From the NCBI GenBank assembly GCA_963743305.1, contig CAVUPH010000010.1, forward strand, positions 32,001 through 96,000: a stretch of 64,000 nt of DNA. The letters are read 5' to 3'. This DNA is from an uncultured delta proteobacterium (GTDB lineage: Bacteria > Desulfobacterota > RBG-13-43-22). The notes below the pieces were generated by a model. It ran no database searches. It was given only the letters and a program-made list of their open reading frames with translations, and had not been told where the DNA came from. How positions within the stretch are numbered: position 1 is the first letter of the stretch; every line of letters begins with the position of its first letter. Positions 18,501-28,514 of the stretch are shown here, in pieces. The position numbers were made by a program, and so were the translations under genes.

Positions 18501-20066
18501 CAAGATAGGATGCAGCAGGTCATTCAGGAAGAGGGTCTGAATCGCGTAATCGTCGCCTCCTGTTCCCCCCGGACCCATGAAGGTCTTTTCCAGGAGACCC
18601 TGCGCAAGGCCGGCTTGAACAAGTACCTCTTTGAGATGGCCAACATCCGGGACCAGTGTTCCTGGGTCCACCAGGCCGATCCGGAGATAGCCACGGAAAA
18701 AGCCCAGGACCTGGTGCGCATGTCCGTGGCTCGAGCCCAGCTCCTCGAACCTTTGTACGAGATCCCTTTTCAGGTGAATCAGAAAGCCCTGGTGGTCGGA
18801 GGCGGGGTGGCCGGGATGACCGCGGCCCTCAATCTGGCTGATCAGGGATTTGAAACCTATTTGGTCGAAAAGAGTGATCGGCTGGGAGGCAATGCCCTTC
18901 GTCTGGCCTTCACGCTGGAGGGGTTTGATGTCAACGAATACCTGCAACGACTGATCGGCCAGATACAAGACCACCCCAAGGTACGTCTCCTGACCCAAAC
19001 GAAGCTGCTGGACGTCCAAGGACACATCGGGAAGTTCAAAAGTACTATAGAACACCAGGGCCAAAAAGATGTCTTGGAATACGGTGCGGTAGTGGTTGCT
19101 ACCGGCGGCAGCGAGTATACCCCGGAGGAATACGCCTACGGTCGGGATCCCCGGATTCAGACTCAGTTGGAACTTCACCAGTGGCTAAGCCGGGAACCGG
19201 AAAAGGTTTCCCAGGTCAAGCAAGTGGTCATGATCCAGTGCGTGGGTTCCCGGGAGGAAGCGCATCCCTATTGCAGCCGGGTCTGCTGCTCCACGGCCGT
19301 AGCCAATGCCCTGAAAATAAAAGAGCTCAGCCCCCGAACCGAGGTGATCGTCCTCTATCGGGATATGCGCACCTATGGACAGAAGGAACTGTTTTACAAA
19401 AAGGCCCGAGAGGCCGGGGTGCGCTTTATCCGCTTTGAACCGGAGGCCAAACCGGAGGTTACGGTTGAGGAGGGGAAGCTGGAGGTCAAGGTCCTGGATC
19501 AAAACCTGAAGACCGGAATTGTTATTCGTCCGGACCGCCTGGTCCTTTCGGCGGCTGTCCGTCCGGCCCCGGAAACCAAGGGTTTCGCTTCTCTTTTGAA
19601 ACTGCCGCTGGATGCCGACGGCTTTTTTCTGGAGGCCCACATCAAATTGAGGCCTCTGGATTTTGCCAATGCCGGCATGTTTCTTTGCGGTTTGGGGCAT
19701 GGCCCCAAGTCCCTGGAAGAAAGTATCGCCCAGGCCAAGGGGGCCGCGGCTCGGGCCGCCACCGTCCTGGCTCAGGAACAAATCAGCGTCGGGGGCCAGG
19801 TGGCCGTAGTAGACCAGGAGCGCTGTATCGTCTGTCTGACCTGCGTGCGTACCTGTCCCTTCGGTGTACCCCAAGTGAATGAAGAGGGGATGATCGAGAT
19901 CAATCCGGCCGCCTGTCAGGGCTGCGGAAACTGCGCCAGCGCCTGTCCCCGTAAGCTGATTCAGGTTCAAAACCAGCGGGATGACCAGATCATGGCCAAA
20001 GAAACGGCCTTGTTTGAATGGGGGGGAACGGCCAGGAGCTGGGGCAGCGTTTTACCGGCAGCCTGA
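15570..20066 (+). CDS. hdrA: large HdrA (HdrL-type) with inserted GltD/NfnB-like NAD(P)H oxidoreductase module
   Basis: [13 protein letters not shown], two IQCVGSR...YCS modules, inserted PCKATCP...CGYVCTHPCEGVC / GSGPAG / GGGNVAVD module, C-terminal ferredoxin; 1498 aa. Confidence 0.9.
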   Translation: MESSAVESPLGEKEKIGAVMVVGSGISGMQSSLDLANAGYKVFLVDKNVSIGGVMAQLDKTFPTNDCSTCMISPKLIEVASNPNIEVLTRTRVKGLSGEPGHFTVALHREPRFVKEEACTGCGDCVKVCPIEVPADFNLGLNRRKAIYRHFPQAVPSTFAIDRNGTSPCKATCPAHISVQGYVALIAQGQFEEALALIRRENPLPFVCGYVCTHPCEGVCQRGEKVDEPIAIRELKRFVAEYERRRGAVKLPLLEAKRTENIAVVGSGPAGLTCAYYLALKGYGVTIFEALPKAGGMLTVGIPNYRLPKEIVEREIKAIEGLGVTIRLNEPIGPGHTLEQLKEEGFKAVYIGIGAHRGIRLGIEGEDLAGVVAGVDFLRRTALGRQESLGKKVAVIGGGNVAVDAVRTALRLGSDEAQILYRRTREEMPAYAEEIEEALEEGVTIHYLTAPIRFIGDAAGRLTAVECIQMELGDPDASGRRRPVPVQGSQFQIPVDGVITAISQQPELDNFTLPDGVVVSRYGTFSVDPSTLQTDVPWIFAGGDAVLGPKTVIEAIAQGKEAALSIDRFVKGEDLKAGREKSFEIAEVETQNIPAAPRFKPLRSDPDSRRSNFEEVVRVMTEEEAQAEASRCLACGICSECYQCVTACKAGAIDHTMQGEDLSLEVGALVVSPGFETFDARLKGEYGYGRYPNVITSLEFERILSASGPFQGHVQRLSDGREPVKVAWIQCVGSRDASINRDYCSYVCCMYATKQAIIAKEHVTTIEPTIFFIDIRAQGKGFDRYYERAKKDHGVRYLRSLVSRVAENPKTHNLQIAYIDENNAFQSEEFDLVILSVGLNAHSESKELAQCLGIATDRFGFCENPPLNSVGTSQPGIFVSGVFQNPKDIPETVTQASGAAAEAAALLSEARGTQISEMVFPEERAIQGEEPRIGVLICHCGINIAGIVDVEKVTEYAKTLPGVVYADHFLFTCSTDSQDRMQQVIQEEGLNRVIVASCSPRTHEGLFQETLRKAGLNKYLFEMANIRDQCSWVHQADPEIATEKAQDLVRMSVARAQLLEPLYEIPFQVNQKALVVGGGVAGMTAALNLADQGFETYLVEKSDRLGGNALRLAFTLEGFDVNEYLQRLIGQIQDHPKVRLLTQTKLLDVQGHIGKFKSTIEHQGQKDVLEYGAVVVATGGSEYTPEEYAYGRDPRIQTQLELHQWLSREPEKVSQVKQVVMIQCVGSREEAHPYCSRVCCSTAVANALKIKELSPRTEVIVLYRDMRTYGQKELFYKKAREAGVRFIRFEPEAKPEVTVEEGKLEVKVLDQNLKTGIVIRPDRLVLSAAVRPAPETKGFASLLKLPLDADGFFLEAHIKLRPLDFANAGMFLCGLGHGPKSLEESIAQAKGAAARAATVLAQEQISVGGQVAVVDQERCIVCLTCVRTCPFGVPQVNEEGMIEINPAACQGCGNCASACPRKLIQVQNQRDDQIMAKETALFEWGGTARSWGSVLPAA

Positions 20067-20116
20067 AACGGCCTTTGGTCTCAATCTAAACCCCAAAGGG
20101 GGGAGGAAAAACTTTT

Positions 20117-20617
20117 ATGCAAAATGGCGCCCTTAATCCCAGGCCCGGCTATGAACCAAAGATCATCGCCATGGTCTGTACTTACTGTACCTATACCGCC
20201 GCCGACATGGCCGGATCCATGCGCCTCCAGTATCCGCACAATGTCCGGATTGTCAAGTTGCTCTGTACCGGGAAGGTAGACGTCATTCATCTGCTGAAAA
20301 CCTTTGAAGCCGGCGCGGATGCCATCCTGGTCGGAGGCTGAGAAATCGGCGACTGCCATTTCCTGGAAGGAAATCTCAGAGCTAAAGAAAGAGTGGCCTA
20401 TACCCAACAATTGATGGATGAAATCGGTCTGGATGGCCGTCGGCTGGAGATGTATCACATCGGGGCCTCCGATGCCCCCAACTGGGCCCGGGCCGTCCGA
20501 GAAATGACCGAACGGGCCCTGTCGTTGGGGCCGAATCCGATTCGGAAAAGGATGATGGAATGTGGATCGATGCCCCGACCCCTGACGGTCGTTGAGGCCC
20601 AACAGGCCAAGGACTAA
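20117..20617 (+). CDS. mvhD: MvhD-like 2Fe-2S subunit, selenoprotein (UGA at 20339-20341)
   Basis: In-frame readthrough gives ILVGG-U-EIGDCHFLEGN, matching the MvhD GCxxGDCH motif; ORFs 20117..20341 and 20393..20617 share a frame; 166 aa. Confidence 0.9.
20358..20374 (+). promoter_or_regulatory. putative bacterial SECIS hairpin
   Basis: ATTTCCT-GGA-AGGAAAT perfect stem with G-containing loop, starting 17 nt after the UGA. Confidence 0.6.
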
Positions 20618-20632
20618 CTGAAGGAGTGCACT

Positions 20633-21313
20633 ATGATCGTTGCCGAGAGAAAACCATTTGCCGAGATTGAGGCCATGCTGGCCCCTTATAAGAAAGTGCT
20701 GATCGCCGGCTGCGGCACCTGTGTGGCCGTTTGCCTGACCGGCGGGGAAAAGGAAGTCGGTTTGCTGGCCGCCGAGTTGTCCATTGCCTCCCAGATCAAA
20801 GGACGATCCCTGATGATCGGCGAGGCCACCGTCGAGCGACAGTGTGACCGGGAATTTCTGAGCGAACTGAAAGATCCGATCGAGGACTGCGAGGCCGTTC
20901 TTTCTCTGGCCTGCGGGGCGGGCATTCAATTTTTGGCTGAAATGTACGACCAGAAACCGGTATTTCCAGGGGTGGATACCACCTTCATCGGGGTGAATGA
21001 GGAGGTCGGATTCTGGACCGAACGCTGCCGGGCCTGCCACGAGTGCGTCCTTCATGTGACCGGGGGGATTTGCCCCAAGACCATCTGCGCCAAGGGATTG
21101 CTCAACGGTCCCTGCGGAGGAACCGTTCGGGGAAAATGCGAGGTGGATACGGAGAAGCCCTGCGCCTGGACCTTGATCTACCAGCGTTTGGAAAAAACCG
21201 GCCGCCTGGACCAAATCCGTCGGACCCTGGAACCCGGCCGCTATGATCGCCGGACGACTCCGGCCTATCAAACCCACGCCGCCTACAAGAGGAGATTTGA
21301 ATCCCATGCCTAA
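20633..21313 (+). CDS. metV: methylene-THF reductase Fe-S/Zn subunit MetV
   Basis: GCGTCVAVC, ACGAG, ERCRACHECVL, GGICPKTICAKGLLNGPCGG and PCAW. Confidence 0.9.
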   Translation: MIVAERKPFAEIEAMLAPYKKVLIAGCGTCVAVCLTGGEKEVGLLAAELSIASQIKGRSLMIGEATVERQCDREFLSELKDPIEDCEAVLSLACGAGIQFLAEMYDQKPVFPGVDTTFIGVNEEVGFWTERCRACHECVLHVTGGICPKTICAKGLLNGPCGGTVRGKCEVDTEKPCAWTLIYQRLEKTGRLDQIRRTLEPGRYDRRTTPAYQTHAAYKRRFESHA

Positions 21314-22190
21314 GTCATTCCAGGAAGCCCTGAAGTCCGGAAAATTTTTGGTGACGGTGGAGCTCGATCCCCCCAAGGGGGTGGAGTCCGGGGAGTTGGT
21401 CCGGCAGGTGCAAACCCTCAAAGACCGGGTGGACGGCATTAACCTCTCGGACAATCGCGGGGGCGTCATGCGGATGAGCGCCCTGGCTGCCTGTCTTCTG
21501 ACCAAACAGGCCGGCGGGGAACCGATACTCAATCTGGCCTGTCGCGATAAAAACCGGATCGCCCTGGCCTCCGAGGCCCTGGGGGCGGCCGGCCTGGGGG
21601 TCTCCAACATCCTCTGTATGACCGGGGACCATACCACCCATGGAGATCATAAGGAAAGCAAGCCGGTTTATGATCTGGATTCGGTCCAGGCCCTGAAAAT
21701 GCTCAAAGGAATGATGGGCGGAAAAGACCTGAACGGCAACGCCCTGATCGGTGCCCCGACGTTTTGCCTGGGCGGCGTGGTTACGCCCGAGGCCGACCCG
21801 CCGGAACCGCAATTGTTGAAGTTTACCAAAAAGGCGGAAATCGGACTGGATTTTTTTCAAAGCCAGGCCGTCTTTGAACTCGACCGGCTTAAGGAGTTCA
21901 TTCACTATGCCCGAAAGTTTGAGGCCAAAGTGATCATCGGTGTTCGTCTGCTCACCTGGGAGGAAATAACCGGCTACCGGGACGGCTCTTTGCCTGGTGT
22001 GCTGGTGCCGGCGTCCTTGATTGACCCGCTTCGCCAGGCCGGCGAAAGCGAAGGCCCCCAAAGGGCCCTGGAGTTGACGGTCAATCTAATCAAAGAAATC
22101 AAGGCGCAGAACCTGGGGGACGGCGTCCACCTGATGGCCATGGGGCAGGAACATCTACTACCCGAGATCATGACGAAAGCAGGGATTTAG
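21306..22190 (+). CDS. metF: methylenetetrahydrofolate reductase MetF
   Basis: VELDPPKG, ACRDKNRIAL, LCMTGD and FFQSQ motifs; overlaps the end of metV. Confidence 0.9.
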   Translation: MPKSFQEALKSGKFLVTVELDPPKGVESGELVRQVQTLKDRVDGINLSDNRGGVMRMSALAACLLTKQAGGEPILNLACRDKNRIALASEALGAAGLGVSNILCMTGDHTTHGDHKESKPVYDLDSVQALKMLKGMMGGKDLNGNALIGAPTFCLGGVVTPEADPPEPQLLKFTKKAEIGLDFFQSQAVFELDRLKEFIHYARKFEAKVIIGVRLLTWEEITGYRDGSLPGVLVPASLIDPLRQAGESEGPQRALELTVNLIKEIKAQNLGDGVHLMAMGQEHLLPEIMTKAGI

Positions 22191-22208
22191 CAAGAACGGA
22201 GGATTCTT

Positions 22209-23474
22209 TTGACGGCACCATCGCAACCCGATCCTAAAGACTCAAAAAGAGTGTTAATCCTAGGCGGCGGGATCGCCGGCCTTTCCTGCGCCGACCATTT
22301 GAGCAAAATGGGACTTTCCGTAACGGTGGTGGAAAAAAATCCCTCCATCGGAGGCCAGGCCCTGAATTTTTTCTGCAAGGCCACCGAGACCTGTGAAAAA
22401 TGCAACTACTGCTTGGTGGAAGAGCGGTTGACCGAGGTGGTCCGGCAACCCGGGATCGAAATCCTGACTCGGGCCAGGCTGCAGCAGGCCGAACCCTTGA
22501 GCGCCGGGGGGTTTATGGTAACCATCGAGCAGGAGGCTGCCTTTATCGATCCCGAGCGTTGCAACAATTGCGGCCATTGCTACGAGGTCTGCCCGGCGGT
22601 GGACGAGGGGGCTATCGTCAAAGGCCTTCCTTCCTCGGTAACCCATCCCTTGTATTCCATTCAACGGGCCCACTGCCTTTATTTTAAAGACCCTCACGCC
22701 CGGCTTTGCCAGGAGAATTGTCCGGAGCAGGCGATTGACCTGGATCGTCTGCCCGTGGCCCATCGGTTTCCGGTCCAGTCTCTGGTGGTGGCGACCGGCT
22801 ATACCCCTTTTGATCCCCGGGATAAACCGCGGTTGGGGTACGGAGTCCTTCCCAATGTGATTACCGCCCTGGAATTGGAGCGGATGATCCGGCTGGAAGG
22901 GGATGTCCGTCGCCCATCGGACGGAAAGAGACCGGAGCGTCTGGCCTTTATCCAATGTGTGGGCTCCAGGGATTTGACCCTGGATCATCCGTTTTGTTCG
23001 CGGGTCTGCTGCGGTTACGCCCTGCGCATGGGCAAGGCCATGAAGCATCGCTGGCCGGAAATGGACCCCTATGTCTTCTACATGGACCTCCAGAACTTCG
23101 GAAAGGATTTTATCCCCGCTTACGAAGAGGCCAAAGACAGCCTGACCCTGATCCGGGGCATACCGGGCAGCATCAATCCCGCCGCGGATGACCGGATCGC
23201 CCTGGGCTATCAGCCGGAAGGCGGGGGACCGCCCCGGGAAGAGGTTTTTGACCTGCTGGTCCTCTCCGTAGGCCTCATGCCTTCAGCGGAAAATGAACAG
23301 TGGGCCAAATGGTTCCAGCTTCCCCGAACAGTGGACGGATTCTTAAAGGATCATCCCGAAGAGGGGATCTTTACGGTGGGCACGGTGACCGGTCCCATGG
23401 ATATCGCTCAATCCGCTGCCGACGGCGGCCGAGCGGCCCGTATGGTGGCCGATTATTTAGGAGTTTGGTCATGA
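22209..23474 (+). CDS. short HdrA-like (QmoA-like) flavoprotein with ferredoxin insertion
   Basis: GGGIAG, CNNCGHCYEVCP and IQCVGSRD...FCSRVCC; TTG start. Confidence 0.8.
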   Translation: MTAPSQPDPKDSKRVLILGGGIAGLSCADHLSKMGLSVTVVEKNPSIGGQALNFFCKATETCEKCNYCLVEERLTEVVRQPGIEILTRARLQQAEPLSAGGFMVTIEQEAAFIDPERCNNCGHCYEVCPAVDEGAIVKGLPSSVTHPLYSIQRAHCLYFKDPHARLCQENCPEQAIDLDRLPVAHRFPVQSLVVATGYTPFDPRDKPRLGYGVLPNVITALELERMIRLEGDVRRPSDGKRPERLAFIQCVGSRDLTLDHPFCSRVCCGYALRMGKAMKHRWPEMDPYVFYMDLQNFGKDFIPAYEEAKDSLTLIRGIPGSINPAADDRIALGYQPEGGGPPREEVFDLLVLSVGLMPSAENEQWAKWFQLPRTVDGFLKDHPEEGIFTVGTVTGPMDIAQSAADGGRAARMVADYLGVWS

Positions 23475-23540
23475 CGGGCCCGCCAGAGGTCCGTCAACAG
23501 GCCGAGGGCGATTAAGCCCCGGCCTGGGGTGAGGGTGGGA

Positions 23541-23589
23541 CCATTTGAATTCACTTCAAATGGCGGGAGAGGGGAAGCCCTCTCCCGCC
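23541..23589. repeat. two abutting perfect hairpins (REP/BoxC-like)
   Basis: CCATTTGAA-TTCAC-TTCAAATGG and GGCGGGAGAGGG-GAAG-CCCTCTCCCGCC; GGGGTGAGGG lies just upstream. Confidence 0.7.
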
Positions 23590-23629
23590 GAGTAGAAAGT
23601 CGTTTTTGGACTTTTTACGAGGTTATTTT

Positions 23630-25769
23630 ATGCTAGAAGTAGAACCGAAGATCGGCGTCTTTCTTTACCATAAAGAAAAGAGAATGCCGGACACACCGGG
23701 CAGCGAGGATTTAAAAATGCTGGCCGGTTCCTTTCCCGGGGTGGAGGTCGTGGAGGACCTGTTCGAAGACCACTGGGAGGCCAGCGCCAGCCGACTGGAG
23801 CAGGAGATCCGAACCCATGATCTGTCCCGGCTGGTCTTTGTCTCCGACCGGGGGTCGAACCGATCCGGCTTTTTCCAAAAGGAGGCGACCCGCCTGGGCC
23901 TTCATCCCGATCAGGTGTTAATGGTGAATGTGCGACCGGTTTTCAGGGGAACCGCAGCGGAACCGGAACTGGTCCGGGAACGATCCATCCTTTTACTGAA
24001 ACAAGCCCTCCTGCGGTTGCCATCCACCGAGACCCCGACCCGGGAACAGGTGGAAACCATTCCCCGCCTGTTGATTTTAGGAAGCGGGCCGATGGGACGG
24101 CTGGCCGCCAGGGAAACCGTCCGGCTTGGATATGAGGCGCTGGTCCTGGTGGACGGCAAGGAATCCGACCGGGACGGGTATTATGATCAGGTCTCCGGGG
24201 TGGAGGGGGAGGACGGACGCCTCTCCGAATTGACCGCCCTGCCGGGATTTCGCCTGGTGACCGAGGCCAAACTCATCAGCCTGGAAGGTCAGGTCGGGCG
24301 TTTTACGGTTCGCTACCTGGATGGGGAAGATCGGATTCAGGAAGAAGCGGTGGGGGCTGTCCTGGTCGCCCTGGCGCCGGAAGTGAAGGCCAACTTTGAG
24401 GCCTTCGGCCTGAAACCCTCCCGCCGGGTCCTTTCCTTGGACCAACTGGAAACCCTGTTACGTTCACCGGAGTATCGGGAAAAATTGATTCCCCAGGGAG
24501 AGCGGACCGAGATCGTTTTCCTGTCGGGTCTGGCGTCCGAGTCCGGTCCTCCGGTGCTGGCCAGGGCCCTGAGTAACGCCCGAAAAGTCCAGGGGCTGGA
24601 AAATACCCAGGTCTATTTCCTGTCGGGAAACCTGAAAGTGGCCGCTGAGGGGTTGGAGCGGGAGTCAACCCGGGCCCGCGAGGAAGGGGTTATTTTCTTC
24701 CGCTTCACCGGTCAGCTTCCGATTGTGAAAACAACGGAGGCCGATCTCCAAGTGGAGTTTTTCGATGAGATCATCGACCGCACGCTGATCTTAAACCCGC
24801 AGGTCATCGTGGTGGATGAAGACCTGCTTCCCCACCCCTGGCTGAAGGAACTCTCCCCTATCCTGGAGACGCCGCTGGATCAAAAGGGATTTATGGTTCC
24901 GGATCAGGTTTACGCCCTGCCGGTCCGAGCCCCCCGCCCGGGAATTTATGTAGTGGGCGGCAGCCGTCGGCCTTTCGCCGACCCGGAGGAAATACGAGCC
25001 GAAGTGGAGGAAGCGGTCCTGTCCGCCGCGGCATCGATCGGCCGGGGGATTCGAGAGGTGGAGTCGCGGGTTCGAGTCGACCGCAAGAAGTGCACCATTT
25101 GTCTGACGTGCGTCCGATCCTGTCCCCATCAGGCCATGCATTTCGTCCTTCGCCGACCTCAGGCCCATCCCTTGGCCTGCCAGGTCTGCGGGGTCTGTGC
25201 GGCCGAATGTCCCATGGACGCCATCCAGATCAAGGATTTTCAGGATGCCGTCGTAATCCGGGAGATCTCCGGGAATTTTACGGACCGGAAATTCGACACG
25301 ATCGTGCCCCAGGTGGTGGCCTTCTGTTGCCAGAATTCAGCGGAAAAGACCCTGCAGCAGGCCCTGTTGTTCCGGGAACCGCTGCCCATCGGGTTTGAGT
25401 TCATCAAGGTCCCCTGCGCCGGGAAGATCGATCCGGATCACGTGCTGCACGCCTTTCGGGAAGGGGCCGACGGGGTAGTGGTCCTGGCCTGTCCGATTGA
25501 GGGCTGCAAATCCTTTCGAAGGAAACAAAAAGGCCCTGGAACGGGTGGAGTATCTTCGGGAGGTCCTGACTGAGTTGGGTCTGGAGCCGGAACGGATCCA
25601 GTTCGAAACCGTCGGCCCGGGCATGCTGGCCCAACTGCTCAAAACCTGCCAGACGGTGGAGGAGAGGATTCGCCGGTTGGGGATCAGCCCGGTCCGCCGA
25701 GCCAAGGGGATCCAGCGGATTTACGATCAGTTCACCTTCCCGGTGGATTCGAAGACCTTTGTAATCTAA
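23630..25769 (+). CDS. degenerate HdrA-ferredoxin-MvhD fusion (QmoB-like), apparent frameshift near 25515
   Basis: HdrA-like body, CTICLTCVRSCP and CQVCGVCAAECP, then MvhD motifs VAFCC, PCAGKID and ACPIEGCKS, continuing as FEGNKKALERV in ORF 25497..25769. Confidence 0.8.
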
Positions 25770-26392
25770 AATTGAAACGAAATTCGAACAAACACGGACT
25801 AAAATCCGAAGGTTTAAACCGCGCGCCCTCTTTTTACGGGAGGGGGTTGGGGGGTGGGTGAATCCCCAATCTTCGAACCAACCGGATTTCCCTCCTCCGA
25901 CTGTCCTTGAAGGCCCATGGTGCCCACCCCCCGGCTGTCTGCGTGGGGTGGGCGGCTAGAAGGTTTTTGAATTAGTTATAACCCGGGTACGTGGCGGCCA
26001 TGCAACTGGAGTGGCAGAAAAGAATAACTTCCTGCGGTGCCGGCAGGAAACAGGTCCTGCTGGACGCTGTTCTGATGAAGGTTGCGGGTCGCGGCGGGCC
26101 GGCCGCGGACAAGGAACCATGCATCCTGGGGACCATGGATGAACGCTTTCTCTTCGTCCGGGAATTCGACCTGCCAGTCTTTTCAATTCGGTCTTTTCTG
26201 GAAAGAGGTCAGCGGCCATCTGGACGATCTCCGGTCTGGATCCGGAGGTCCGGGAGGACCTGGAACGCCGGATAGAAGAGAAGATCTGTAAACCTCCCGA
26301 AGATTGGGCCCTCTGGCCGAAAAAGTGTTCGCTGGCCTGCCGGTTGAAGCACTAAAATCCAGCAAGAAAAGAAAAGCAGGAGGGGAGAATTT

Positions 26393-27272
26393 ATGTCCGG
26401 AGGAATGGCCTTCAGGAAGGATTGTGAGGAGTGTGGGCGGAGTTTTTTAACCCCGGATAAGAAGGCAAAAATATGCCAACGATGTGCCGGCAAGGGCCAA
26501 CCAAGGCCCCAACCGGAAACGGTCCCCCCAAAAGGGCTCTCGCCAAAAGCAGCGGGGAAAACAAAACAATCCATCGTAAAAAGTCAAGCTTCCGGGCCGA
26601 TTGATAGTCCAAGGTCCGAGGTTTCAAGGGAGATCGAAAGCAAGGGAAGCGAGGAGAAGGTACCGCCGGCGACCCAAAGAAAAAACCGGCAAACAGGGAG
26701 AACCTCCAACCCCCGATCGGAAGAAGGAAGAAATCGAGCTGACCCCGGCGCAGATTCAGGAAATCGTGGACCGATATCAAATCTATGTTCAGGGTCTGGA
26801 GAGGCCGGCGCACGGAAGGCGAAAGACCATCGCCGCCGATATGGGAATTCCATCCCGGAGCGTTGTCCTGGCCCTGAGGCAGTGGAATCAACAGCAGTCT
26901 CAAGTAGAGGATTTGACCCGGGAAGAGCGTTTCACCATCGAAAAGGCCTATTTTTCTCGTCTGGAAGAAAAAAATTCCTTCTCGGAAATTAGAGAACAGA
27001 TCTCTCAAGAGACCGGCTTGAACCCCTGGGTGGTCTCCCGCTATCTGGACCTTCTTCATGACGGGGAGAAGAAGTTGCGAAACGTCGCCACTGTATCTTC
27101 GGAACAGGAAACAGCCATCCTGAATGAGTACCGGAAATACCTGTCGGCCTCCGGTCCTCCATCTTCTCCTCTGCACCCGCTGATTGCTGAACGAACCGGG
27201 GTTTTGCCCAAGCAAGTTTACCGGGTCCTGCTCTCCTACCGCTTAAGCCGTTTCCGAGAGAAATGGGGTTGA
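26393..27272 (+). CDS. hypothetical protein: N-terminal Zn-ribbon, low-complexity linker, three helical repeats; apparent frameshift near 26650-26690
   Basis: AGGAGG RBS; CEECG...CQRC in ORF 26393; repeats LTPAQIQEIVDRY, LTREERFTIEKAY and VSSEQETAILNEY in ORF 26601..27272. Confidence 0.6.
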
Positions 27273-27528
27273 TGGGGGCAGCTTTTTTCACCAGTGCCGG
27301 CGAAATTCAGACCGATTATTTTTCCCCTAGACCTTAGCTTGGGGAGAATGAATGAAAACGCAAAGGCCCTGCCTTGTAATCAAGGATCAGGGCTTTCCTA
27401 TTTTCTACGACGGGACTGGGAAGGTGAGGTGAACCCGGTTTCGTCAAGCCAGGAGGTCTAATGATACTTTTTGATTGAAAAGTATCATTAAATGGGCTCA
27501 ATTTAAAAGAAATGAATCGAAAGCGATA

Positions 27529-28514
27529 ATGGATCAAGCCACGCACAATAAAATTGTTTCATTTCTCTGGGGGATCGCCGACGATGTATTGCGCGATCTC
27601 TTTAAACGGGGTAAATACCCGGATGTGATCCTGCCGATGTGCGTTATCCGGCGCATGGATGCGGTATTGGAACCCACCAAGCCGGCGGTGCTCGACACGA
27701 AAAAGATGCTTGATGAGGCACGGATCACCGAGCAGCGCACGGCACTTGAGGCTGCCGCAGGCCAGGCTTTTTTCAATACCTCGCGTTTTACGTTGCGGGA
27801 CTTGAAGTCCCGCGGTAGTCGGCAGCAACTCCTCGCTGACTTCGAAGACTATCTCAACGGTTTTTCCCCCAATGTCCAGGACATCCTGGAAAACTTCAAG
27901 TTTCGCAACCAAATCCCAACCCTGTCCAAAGCCGATGCCTTGGGGACGTTAATCGATAAGTTTCTCGATCCCGAAATTGATTTGTCGCCGGCTGCGATCG
28001 ACAACCACGCCATGGGGACGATTTTTGAGGAACTGGTCCGCAAGTTCAACGAGGATAACAATGAGGAGGCAGGCGAACACTGGACGCCGCGCGATGCCGT
28101 GCGCTTGATGGCCAATCTCGTGTTTCTGCCGATAGAGCTCCAGCTTAAATCGGGTTTGTATCTTATTTACGACTGCGCCTGTGGAACGGGCGGCATGCTG
28201 ACCGTGGCGGAGGAGACGCTGGCAGCGATTGCCGAAAAACACGGTCTCCAGATCAACAGCCGCCTCTATGGCCAGGAGATCAACCCCGAAACCTACGCCG
28301 TCTGCAAGGCCGACATGCTGCTCAAAGGCGAAGGCGAGAACGCGGAATATATTTACGGCGATGCGGAATATTCCACCCTCTACAACGATGCCTTTCCCGC
28401 TTCTATAAACCCCAGCCGCTGCGCACCCTCGAAGAGATTCGCGCCGATATCCTCGCTATTGAACAGGAGGCCGATGGGCTCCTGGATGATCTGCTGAAGG
28501 GAGGGAGCGTGTGA
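27529..28514 (+). pseudogene. hsdM: type I R-M methyltransferase with internal deletion
   Basis: N-terminal half (AGEHWTPR, YDCACGTGGML, YGQEIN) joined out of frame at about 28400 to the typical C-terminus FYKPQPLRTLEEIRADILAIEQEADGLL; the NPPY/F catalytic motif is absent. Confidence 0.85.

Noticed and set aside
20081-21637. Long antisense ORFs (for example 20081..21637, 55271..56707, 18168..19178)
   Set aside because: They are shadows of well-supported genes on the opposite strand in GC-rich DNA, with no recognisable motifs
23472-23474. Other TGA stops (20064, 23472, 37343) as selenocysteine codons
   Set aside because: They fall at natural protein ends, not at conserved Cys positions, with no homologous in-frame continuation
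22209-25769. Calling these genes true qmoAB of sulfate reduction
   Set aside because: No aprAB or qmoC nearby, an extra ferredoxin in the first gene and degenerate motifs in the second; only a Qmo-like architecture is supported
25956-26365. Short overlapping ORFs between the hdr operon and the 26393 gene
   Set aside because: No clear RBS or motif; cannot tell a gene remnant from noise
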